A stretch of 19,161 nt of DNA, filler included, from an uncultured virus (IMG/VR IMGVR_UViG_2049941000_000847) (Duplodnaviria > Heunggongvirae > Uroviricota > Caudoviricetes). It is 2 parts of one record of this genome, joined end to end, with 100 filler letters (N's around TTAATTAATTAA, not from the genome) between each part and the next. Parts side by side here need not be neighbours in the genome. Positions count along the whole stretch, not along the records: positions 1 to 11,380 come from IMGVR_UViG_2049941000_000847; 1 more part is not named here. One strand, 5' to 3'. Made by a program: the position numbers and the translations under genes. How positions within the stretch are numbered: position 1 is the first letter of the stretch; the number at the start of each line of letters is the position of its first letter. Below are positions 1 to 8,917 of the stretch, one piece after another. The notes beneath the pieces are model-generated. The model did no database searches, had not been told where the DNA came from, and saw only the letters and a list, made by a program, of their open reading frames with translations.

Positions 1-735
1 ATGGTCGGCGGAAACACGATAAAACGCGTCGAAAGCATTGGATTGAATTCATTTTCAGTCACGTGCTCGTGGTATCTTCCAGAACAATACGCTCTCTTCT
101 GCAAAGGCATAAGAAGCCTATTCAGAATTGCATACCCAAACGAGGTAAGCCTCGGGGACTCGCTCACGACAGATGTTAAAAAACTTTTAAGCGGAAAAAT
201 GAAGGATGTTGACGAGCACTCGTCCGGACCAGAAATAAGAGATGCGGCAACAAAGGAATCCATGGAAAGTGGGTGGACGAACGCGGTCAATACCGTTACA
301 GGCGGAATAGGAAAAGCATTTGATGCGGTTCAGTGGGCAGCAACAAAGCTCGGCCTCACATTCTCAATTGACCCGAGTCCTGTGAGAGTTTCAATAGGAC
401 AATCGTGGGACCTTGAACCACTTGCTATAACAGGTCTTACCATAAAACCATCCAGAGAAACCTTCATAGAACCGACAACGCACGCTCACCTGCCTATAAC
501 GGTTGAGGTCACGATAAATCTGGACTACTGGCTCACCCCGAGAGCCGGTCAGGAAAACATGTCCATCGCCGGTCAGGAAATCTTCGGCTGGCTGCAGGAA
601 GACCGCTACAAGAACGTCATCAAAGACACCGAAAAATACGTCGCGGAAAAGAACGAAAAAATGTGGGGTCTGCTCACGCAGGACAAGCTGAACTCCGCAC
701 CAAATGCAAACAGAAGGCGCGGCGTGAACATGTAA
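1..735 (+). CDS. Probable phage baseplate / tail-tube junction protein (T4 gp48/gp54-like); 5' end may lie outside the window
   Basis: The C-terminal pattern P-VRVSIG...LAITGLTIK...LPITVEVTINL resembles tube-initiator/baseplate proteins. It lies immediately upstream of a neck gene. By-eye match only. Confidence 0.4.
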   Translation: MVGGNTIKRVESIGLNSFSVTCSWYLPEQYALFCKGIRSLFRIAYPNEVSLGDSLTTDVKKLLSGKMKDVDEHSSGPEIRDAATKESMESGWTNAVNTVTGGIGKAFDAVQWAATKLGLTFSIDPSPVRVSIGQSWDLEPLAITGLTIKPSRETFIEPTTHAHLPITVEVTINLDYWLTPRAGQENMSIAGQEIFGWLQEDRYKNVIKDTEKYVAEKNEKMWGLLTQDKLNSAPNANRRRGVNM

Positions 736-739
736 TGGC

Positions 740-746
740 TATAAAC
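740..746 (+). promoter_or_regulatory. TATAAAC putative late-promoter element upstream of neck gene
   Basis: Lies 23 nt before ATG 770. The same heptamer precedes three other genes and resembles the T4 late promoter TATAAATA. Confidence 0.45.
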
Positions 747-769
747 AGGAATAGGAGACACAAGTCATC

Positions 770-1516
770 ATGGCATCTGGAATATACATAACACGGGACG
801 ACATGGTCGAATACATCAAGGCCAGACTCGGACACCCGGTCGTCGACCTTGAACTGGAACTCGAGGAGAAGAACGGCCTTGGCCACATACACCTGGCAAT
901 AAACGACACCCTGGACTGGTTCTTCAGACATAACCAGAACGAGGCCGACTTCTCTGACTACATGGTTCTTTTCCTGAAGCCAGGCATCATCGAGTACGAC
1001 GTGCCAGAAGACGTGACCGACATAATCGACGTTGCTCCCTCGTTCGGCAACGGCTTCACGCCATGGACCGCGTTCGACGTTGGCGAAGGCGAAACCCTTG
1101 TCGCCACTACCGGTTGGAGTCAGTTCGACCTTGTCACATACACGGCCGCCATGCGATATATTTCAGACGTTAAGAAGCTGCTTGGTACACAGTACCAGGT
1201 GCGCTTCCACCCACAGGCTCACAAGGTCCGCATCCTTCCAACGCCAAGACGACCCCGAGTCGCGATGTGCAAGGTATACCGGAAAGCCGCACTGTCCGAG
1301 ATATTCGCAAACGTCTATTTCAGAGACCTCGCAGTCGCCAGAACGAAGGTGATGTGGGGTGAAATACTGACGAAGGACAGCTATAACTTCCCCGGCGGCG
1401 GCAAGGTGAACGGCGACACGCTGCTTTCAAACGCCCGCGCCGACCAGGATCGTCTCGAAAAGGAAATCATCTCCCAGAGCGCTTCTTCCGCGATCATAAC
1501 CGACCTGGACCTCTAA
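770..1516 (+). CDS. Neck (head completion) protein, T4 gp13-like
   Basis: N-terminal YIKARLGHPVVDLELE..IHLAINDTLDWF parallels gp13 ILRRLGAPIINVEL..IYDCIQRALE. C-terminal FPGGGKVNGDTLLSNARADQDRLEKEI parallels [27 protein letters not shown]. Confidence 0.85.
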   Translation: MASGIYITRDDMVEYIKARLGHPVVDLELELEEKNGLGHIHLAINDTLDWFFRHNQNEADFSDYMVLFLKPGIIEYDVPEDVTDIIDVAPSFGNGFTPWTAFDVGEGETLVATTGWSQFDLVTYTAAMRYISDVKKLLGTQYQVRFHPQAHKVRILPTPRRPRVAMCKVYRKAALSEIFANVYFRDLAVARTKVMWGEILTKDSYNFPGGGKVNGDTLLSNARADQDRLEKEIISQSASSAIITDLDL

Positions 1517-1517
1517 T

Positions 1518-2309
1518 ATGGATCAGAAGACGGATTTCGTCATACCGTTCGTGCTTAACGCCGAATACAGCTATTCGCGTGCAAATACCGGATTCGAACA
1601 CCTCGAAATCGAGTACGTCATACGCAGCATAAGGAAGTTCTGCCCATTCGCCGGCAGGATATTCATCGTCGGACCGCATATAATAAACAGCTGGCCAAAG
1701 AGCATCGCCGGCGAGATAACCTATTTGCGGGTTCCGGATAAATACACCCACATAAAGGACGCCAATCTGATAAACGCGGTGTTGTCCGTAATAAATTCGG
1801 TACCTGACCTAAGCGAAACGTTCATAATGGCCAGCGACGACCAGATAGTGACACGGGAATGCTCCCTGAAAGACTTCTATCCCAGGGTAAAATACGACAT
1901 GACCGGGCACCTGAAGGAATACAAGGCCATGATGGACACCTATAGCGAGAAGGATGGGTCCAGGAAATGGAACGAAGCCATGCTGAAGACGCTGATGAAA
2001 TTCCCGGACAGACCGTATTTTTACGAGCCGCATATATGGACCCCATTCGATAAGGCTAAGTTCGTCGATATGTGCAGGGAATACGACATAGCCCATGACG
2101 ACGGGGTCGTCATATTCACGCTTTACAACAACTATACCAAACAGACCTTGAGAGCCGACTCGGAGCATACATATCTACACGCCGGCCTGGATGATAGGGC
2201 GTTGGCGATGGCATTGAAGTCCCCAACAAGGCACATCGCGTGGACGGACAAGACGTTCAATAATAAACTATTCAGGGAATTCCTTGGAAATCTTTTGGAT
2301 TTGAGGTAA
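1518..2309 (+). CDS. Stealth-like hexose-1-phosphate transferase (stand-alone copy)
   Basis: DFVIPFV (CR1-like), EIEYVIRSIRKFCPFAGRIFIVG and VPDLSETFIMASDD (CR2-like), and YEPHIW. Starts 1 nt after the neck gene stop. Confidence 0.7.
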   Translation: MDQKTDFVIPFVLNAEYSYSRANTGFEHLEIEYVIRSIRKFCPFAGRIFIVGPHIINSWPKSIAGEITYLRVPDKYTHIKDANLINAVLSVINSVPDLSETFIMASDDQIVTRECSLKDFYPRVKYDMTGHLKEYKAMMDTYSEKDGSRKWNEAMLKTLMKFPDRPYFYEPHIWTPFDKAKFVDMCREYDIAHDDGVVIFTLYNNYTKQTLRADSEHTYLHAGLDDRALAMALKSPTRHIAWTDKTFNNKLFREFLGNLLDLR

Positions 2310-2311
2310 TC

Positions 2312-3354
2312 GTGCCTAGACGTTTCGATGTGGAAACACTGGAGGGGGCAAAAAGATCGTTTAACGAACTTGGAAGATACATCTTCGAGACATCGTGCTT
2401 CGGGATAAGGTGCAGCTTCTGCGGGAAGACAAAATACATAGAGGGAAGGTATCTTCTAAGAATTCTTGAAAAGCCCTCATTCAAATGCTCTGATTGCGTT
2501 GCAAAAGAACGCAAAGAGCGCAGGAAGCCGGCGACCAACCAAAATCTCGCCTATGATAAAACCGCATCCACAGAAACCAAAAAACAACTACAAAGCGAAA
2601 CGAACTGCGAAAAGATTGACTTCATAATACCATATGTTTTCAACGCAAAGTACAGCTTCTCGGTGGCAGTGACCAAATACGATCACACGGAAATAGAATA
2701 CGTGATAAAGAGTATAAGGAAGTTCTGTACATGGTCCAATAGAATCTTCGTAGTCGGCCCGGTGGAATCTCCGGTGTTCCCGGAATCAATAAGGGATGAA
2801 ATAATATACGTTCATTGCCCCGACCCGTACAGACACATAAAGGACGCCAATATAATAAATGCCGTGTTGCACGTTATCAAAACCGTAGACGATCTGTCCG
2901 AAACATTTATAATGGCAAGCGACGATCAGGTTGTAACGAAGCCAAGTCTGATAACGGATTTCTGGCCTAGAGTTGAACGCGACTACACTAGAAGACTATA
3001 TGTATACAAGAGAGAAATTGACCTAATACCAAATGGAAGACCTAGAAAAATATGGCGCACAGCCATGTACCACACGTTGCAAAAATTCAAAAAACGAGCA
3101 TACTTATACGAACCCCATATATGGACAAGATTTAACAAGACACAGTTCCTTGAAANNNNNNNNNNATTTACTCTATACAATAATTTTACAAAGCAGGAGC
3201 GACGAATGGTATCTGACCATATGTATTTTGGCGATAGAATTTCAAGACAAGAAGTATTGAACAAGCTGAAAAAAATACCAAGACACCTGGCATGGACAAA
3301 TACGGCGTTTAATTTAAAAGAGTTCAGGGCATATCTTAACAAAAAATTTCTATC
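2312..3354 (+). CDS. N-terminal Zn-ribbon module + Stealth-like phosphotransferase (paralog of 1518-2309); internal gap, 3' end runs into a gap
   Basis: GTG start 2 nt after the previous stop. CSFC..CSDC module, K/T/E-rich linker, then DFIIPYV / EIEYVIKSIRKFC / LSETFIMASDD / YEPHIW, colinear with the upstream paralog. Confidence 0.72.
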
Positions 3355-3535
3355 NNNNNNNNNNNNNNNNNNNNNNNNNNNNNNNNNNNNNNNNNNNNNN
3401 NNNNNNNNNNNNNNNNNNNNNNNNNNNNNNNNNNNNNNNNNNNNNNNNNNNNNNNNNNNNNNTTATAGCGAGCAAAGCAAATAGCACTACAAAATATCCA
3501 AAATTTGGCGAATTCAAGCAAAAAATAAGCACGCG

Positions 3536-3542
3536 TATAAAC
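3536..3542 (+). promoter_or_regulatory. TATAAAC putative late-promoter element
   Basis: CGTATAAACT context, 29 nt before ATG 3572. Confidence 0.45.
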
Positions 3543-3571
3543 TCTATGCGAGACAATTGCAAACATATTTC

Positions 3572-4265
3572 ATGCCTAGACGTTTCAATGTAGGGACACT
3601 GGAGGGGGCAAAAAAATCGTTTCACGAGCTCGGTAGACACCTGTTCACGACATCATACTTTGGAATAAGGTGTGATTTCTGCGGAAAAACGAAGTATATC
3701 GAAGGCAGATATCTGCAGAAACTATTAGACAATGGATCGTATAAGTGCGGAGAATGTATTTCGAAGGCTCGAAGGGAAAGATGGACTAGAACGCTAAAGA
3801 AGAGGCCCACCGACACAAAAAATACGGCAAATAATCAGGCACAAAAAATTGGCGCACAGTCGAAGGAATTTGACAAAAATAGATATGTGAATTTCTTTCA
3901 AACGTCGAATTATAGCTTAATAAAAAACAAGATAAAAGAATCCATGAAAAACTCTACAAGACAGGGTGTCACACAGTCCAATGTAATAAACAAGGAGCTG
4001 GTTGTCTCGATGACGACCACGTGGAACAGAATAAACGAGACACCGCTAGCCGTGGAAACGATATTAAATCAGCAGGTAATGCCGAATAGAATAGTTCTGT
4101 GGATCGACAAGCAACACGAGGAAAAGGAATTGCCGGCTTCAATAAAGAAACAGATGGAAAGAGGTCTAGAAGTTAGATACTGCACAGACGTTGGTCCAGG
4201 AACAAAGTTGATACCGTCTCTAAAAGAATTCCCAGAAGCCGTAATAATAACGGTGGATAGCGACA
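3572..4265 (+). CDS. N-terminal Zn-ribbon module + GT-A fold (GT2-like) glycosyltransferase, truncated by a gap
   Basis: MPRRFNV..CDFC..CGEC module, then LVVSMTT..RI..VETILNQ..PNRIVLWI..DVGPGTKLIP..IITVDSD (DxD-type motif). Start moved from TTG 3557 to ATG 3572 by alignment with the other module copies. Confidence 0.72.
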
Positions 4266-4276
4266 NNNNNNNNNNA

Positions 4277-4529
4277 TGGAACAGAGAAAACCGACATCTA
4301 TTTATGGACCAGGATGCGTTGAACGCCGTCTTTTCGGATAGTAAGAAAATAATAAACCCAAGATTCAATATGCTATGCAGATATTATGTCAAGGACATGT
4401 GCGTAATAGACTCGTCNNNNNNNNNNCACGTTACCAATAATACTGCACTTCACCGGTACAAAAAAACCAGATGCCGGAGGTACGGTTAAAAAATACGTAT
4501 ACGATTTCTATAGATCCTTGTGCCGCTAG
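4277..4529 (+). CDS. GT8-family glycosyltransferase C-terminal fragments (same gene as 3572 or a separate gene; frame offset across a 10-N gap)
   Basis: DQDALNAVF..INPRFN before the 4417-4426 gap. After it, frame 4428-4529 reads TLPIILHFTGTKKP..YRSLCR*. Both are GT8 hallmark motifs. Confidence 0.7.
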
Positions 4530-4676
4530 AGCAATACAAATGAACCATTACGTCGCGGGAAAAGATCATCTGGACCGGGGCGATATCCGGAAACAGACTC
4601 TTCCGGGATACTCAAAACACACCGAGTAAATAGGTCTGAATGCCTAAAATGACGGAAATTTGCAGATTTCCAGCCG

Positions 4677-4683
4677 TATAAAC
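4677..4683 (+). promoter_or_regulatory. TATAAAC putative late-promoter element
   Basis: CGTATAAACT context, 31 nt before ATG 4715. Confidence 0.45.
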
Positions 4684-4714
4684 TATTAGTGTTACTGTCA
4701 CGCATCCATAGGAT

Positions 4715-4855
4715 ATGCCGCCACGCATCGACATACGTAAATACAGTTCACTGAAAAACGCATTCAAGAAACTAGGAAGATATCGGTTCATGACATCTTT
4801 CATAAATATGAAATGCTCGAAGTGCGGTAAATCATATTGTATCGAGGGTAAATAG
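4715..4855 (+). pseudogene. Third copy of the Zn-ribbon module, truncated by TAG after 46 aa (not in ORF track)
   Basis: Translates MPPRIDIRKYSSLKNAFKKLGRYRFMTSFINMKCSKCGKSYCIEGK* and aligns without gaps to the other copies. The stop is 11 nt from a gap, and 4877-5227 has no continuous frame. Confidence 0.6.
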
Positions 4856-5231
4856 TACCAGGTGCGNNNNNNNNNNCACCGGATGTAAAAGCAAGCCTAT
4901 GCGCGGAGCGTCTATTTCGAAACCGAAGCACAAAACAAAACCGACCGCGGGCATATGGCTAAGCCACTTCACGCCACGGCATTTGAATTATCTGGAGGAT
5001 ATATATAACCCATTCATACTACAAAAAATTGGTACGCGAATTCGTGCATGGTTGAACGGGCCAATGGAATGCTCGACGTATATAAATGCCGGCGTGTTTG
5101 AAAAAACGGACTCATCGACTCGGAAAGATCGGATATGAACCTTCACGGAAAATGGACAAAGTGGAAAGAACTGAAAGAAAGTAGTCTAAATTTCTACCTG
5201 AACTCCTTTGAGAGAAAAGTAAAATAGCACA

Positions 5232-8065
5232 ATGCCACTCACCTTCTCCATAAACGACATCGACTCATTAAGACGAGCTTTCTACGAGCTCGGAAATCAC
5301 GTATTTATCGTATCGACTTTCAACGTGAGTTGTCATCGGTGTGGAAAGGTTGAATGTCTTAAAGGGATCGATCTTTTGAATTCCTTTGGAAAAGACTCAT
5401 ATGAATGCAGTGAATGTGCAAACATTAGAAAAACACCATGTAATAGACTCCATAAAAATGACAAACAGGTATTGAAAAACCAAAAACACGAAGAAAAACA
5501 AAAGCAGGAACAAGACAGCGCAGAAACAAAACAAAAAGAAGAGGTTAAGAGAGTAAAACAAGAAGAAAACAATTATACAAAAAACAAAGTCAATGAGTCA
5601 GCAAAACCGTTCGTTCAAAATACTGTGCAAGAAAACTACGGGATAAGATGGTGGAATGACAGGATACCGCTCCCATATACCAAAAAATCTAACGTCAGAA
5701 AGGAGTTATTTATCCACTGGTATTATGTCGATAGAGAGAAGGATGATTTGACCGATATGGAAACATTCCATGTAAATATGCTTTACAGATACAATGTCAT
5801 GGAGAGATTCGATTCGATACATATCAACATAGCGACAGATTCAACCGAAAACGTTTCGGCGTGCATGAGAACGGTAATAGACGTTCTCTCTTCCGGAAAG
5901 GCAAAACTATACTACAAAATAATTAAAAATGACCCCAAAAAATGGGAAGGCGTTACGATAAATGACGCCTTGGACTGCGCTGAGAAAAACAAAGAAGAAA
6001 CCCACGTCTACTACACGCATTTCAAAGGAGTTACACTAAAAAGAAGACACAGCGACCTGACAACGACAATAGACATAATGTACTGGTGCTTCCTAATGTA
6101 CAAGGCACTATTCGACTTTGATGGCGTTGACGTGGATTCGGAGCTACATAACGGGAAGACCGTTATAGGGCTTTTATTGAAAAACGCAACGGTAATGCTT
6201 CCAATGAAACGTTACAAAGATGGAAAAATAAAGGCCGGAGCAGCCATCGAATACATGAACGAGGGGTCCTATCTATGTTTCAGTAATACGGTGTATAAGA
6301 AAAGGGTAGCGGATCTGCACAAAAAATACGAATATGTCACTCATGAATACGTAAAAAAGAACACTGGGAGATACGCGGTTGAAGGTATGTGCACGTTCCT
6401 GTATGGTATAGATAATGTCACCTACATGACCGAGGATGTCTACAAATCCGGCATATCGTATCACCACTATACAAAAAACTTCTGTCCAAAGCTGCGGGAA
6501 GAGTTCAATAAATTCTGCAGACCGTCCATCCTGGTTTACTCCTATGCCGAAAATCTTTCCGCCAATGAATACGAATTCAACAAAGTAGACGGTGTGGACT
6601 ATATCCTATACACAGACCACGGGAAAAGCAACTATACAATAAACAGAATAGACTTCAAAAAAGGGAAAACATCATGGGAACGAAATAAGTGGTACAAATG
6701 GAATCCAGCAAATACATACGACTACGTCATCTACAGGGACATTTCCATGGACATAGAGGATGTTTATGGTTTGATAGAATCGGCCACATCCGAACACGGA
6801 ATAAATGTTCACAAGCACCCAAGCTCAAAAAGCATTGAAAACGAAAACATTGCCATAGCAAACCACTTCAGGAAACGAGGGATTCCATACGATTTCGATA
6901 TCGTTAAAAATGCTTCTGGCGAACTCTATTCTACAAAAACGGATATGGCAGAACTAACGTTGATAGTGTACAATAACAACAAACTTGACAGAAATCTACT
7001 AAAGGACATATGGGAAGACTTCATGCGGTTCGGGGCTGTTCGAGATCAACCGTCATTTAGATACACGATATTCAGAAACAACCTAGACATATCGTCATTC
7101 ACAACATTACCTGGTCACGTTCCATGGAACATCAAGTCCAGGGGCGCGGACACGGCCATTAAAAGAACCCAGTATTACAAACCATTAACCAATCAAGACG
7201 TTGCAAAAATTCGTCAAGACAAATTCAAAAAATTTTACGGTTACGAGTTCAACAAAAACAATANNNNNNNNNNNNNNNNNNNNNNNNNNNNAACAATATA
7301 AAAACATTCGAAGAAAAGAACGAGTGGTTTTCAGAAAACTGCGATCTCGATTCACTGACAAAATACGTCGATAAAATAGACGTGAGAGACTATGCAAAGG
7401 GTGTGGACGGACTAAATGTGATACCATTGCTCGGCACATATGATAAGTTTGATGATATAGACCTTGATTCATTGCCGGACAAATTCATCATAAAGTGTAA
7501 TCACGATAGCGGGTCCACCAAAGTATATGAACGAGGCATTTCAGATGTAGAAAAACTAAGAGAGTTTTTCAATAATAAAATGTCAAAAAATTACTACTAT
7601 GATTATTGGTATGAACCGCAGTATGCCCACATAACACCAAAGATCATAGTGGAAAAATTCATGGGTGATGACCTCTACGATTACAAGTTCTACTGCTTCG
7701 ACGGGAAGGTATTTTGCGCTTCCATTCAGAGCGACACTTTTACCAAAATTCGCATAAACTTCTTTGATAGGGACTTCAACGATCTGAAGGATATTTGGAG
7801 GGTGGAACACCCTAGGTCGGAAAGGAAGTTCCCGAAACCGGATAACTACGATGAGCTTGTGAGGATTGCCGAGAAGCTTGCTGAGCCGTTCTCTTTTGTA
7901 AGGGTTGACCTTTACAATATAGATGGTAAAATCTTCTTTGGTGAGCTAACTTTTACACCCGGTAATTGTAGATGCAAGTATAACGACAGAAGTTTTGATC
8001 TAAAGATGGGTTCTATCTATAATGTAACGAAGAGCGGTTTGAGAATGGCGAACGGCCAAAAATAA
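5232..8065 (+). CDS. Multidomain glycan-modifying protein (~932 aa): Zn-ribbon module + YxHxKG domain + DUF616-like glycosyltransferase + TupA-like ATP-grasp
   Basis: CHRC..CSEC; HVYYTHFKGVT; ILVYSY..DYILYTD..KWYKWNP..YRD..HKHP..RDQPSF; DKIDVRDY..FIIKCNHDSGS..DYKFYCFDGK..FVRVDLY..FGELTFTPG. The flanks of the 7264-7291 gap overlap (AACAATA) and join into FYGYEFNKNNIKTFEEKNEW. Confidence 0.72.
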
Positions 8066-8109
8066 GATTCCTGACATACTATGTCATAGAAGTAGGTCGA
8101 TGTCGGTAT

Positions 8110-8829
8110 CTATAACCACCCAAGAAACCTCTTATTTTCATGTGCTATTATGACCTGTTGTTTCATCCCATGGTAAACGTACCGCTTCATATTTTTATTC
8201 ATGGTTTTCATTTTATCGATGATAGCGTTCACAGTGTTCATTTCCCCAACCCTCTCAAAATCATCCACTATGATGATCGTATTCTCTGTTATCATACCGG
8301 CATTTAGCAGCACGTCTATCCTAGAATACTTCTTCATATCTCCACCAAAAGGACCGTCTATCACTATAAAGTCATAGTCGTCCACGACGCTCTCGAACCT
8401 GTCATACACCCTAACCGATTCTCCGTCATACTGAATCATTGTCGTCGGCAGATTGGCAAAAACAGTATTATCACCGATTATATCACCGTTGTTGGACTTG
8501 AATGCATTTATCCAGTCGATATCGCTCTCGACAACGACATGCTTTTTTCCATAGTATTTAGAGTACTGTGCAATCATCTTAGTAGTCTGCCCCATACCGA
8601 TTTCAAGTATCTTTTCCGGATGCACCTCATTTAATATTCTGTATATGAGGTATAAAAGGCTATACGAAGCTGCTCCTCCTCTTGGAGAAAACGACTTCTT
8701 CAGCAGCCACTCACTATCAAGTATGGTGTCTTTGAAAACGCTCGAAAAATGAATCTCTTTCACAAAAAGATCCAACCGATTCAGTTTCTCGAGGATAGTT
8801 CTTATGTGATCAATATCGTTTTTCGCCAT
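8110..8829 (-). CDS. Class I SAM-dependent methyltransferase-like protein
   Basis: ILEIGMGQTT (motif I), VVVESDIDW, YDFIVIDGP, IIIVDDFER. ATG 8829 is preferred over TTG 8844. Confidence 0.7.
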   Translation of the reverse strand: MAKNDIDHIRTILEKLNRLDLFVKEIHFSSVFKDTILDSEWLLKKSFSPRGGAASYSLLYLIYRILNEVHPEKILEIGMGQTTKMIAQYSKYYGKKHVVVESDIDWINAFKSNNGDIIGDNTVFANLPTTMIQYDGESVRVYDRFESVVDDYDFIVIDGPFGGDMKKYSRIDVLLNAGMITENTIIIVDDFERVGEMNTVNAIIDKMKTMNKNMKRYVYHGMKQQVIIAHENKRFLGWL

Positions 8830-8864
8830 TTGTTCATCTACCAAAAAGAGCGCTCCTACCTATG

Positions 8865-8871
8865 GTTTATA
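8865..8871 (-). promoter_or_regulatory. TATAAAC putative late-promoter element (minus strand)
   Basis: GTTTATA on the + strand, 35 nt upstream of the methyltransferase ATG 8829. Confidence 0.42.
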
Positions 8872-8917
8872 TACCAGAAGAGAAATGGCTTGATCAACCG
8901 ACCAAGCCATTCCACAC

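Noticed and set aside
3572..4529. Definite GT2-GT8 fusion protein
   Set aside because: The domains are separated by a gap of unknown length, so a fusion is plausible but unsupported.
4853..8862. TAG stop-codon reassignment (in-frame TAG at 4853-4855 and at 8860-8862 upstream of the methyltransferase)
   Set aside because: Long genes have no internal TAG, and several genes end cleanly in TAG right before the next SD/start (13789, 14665, 17118).
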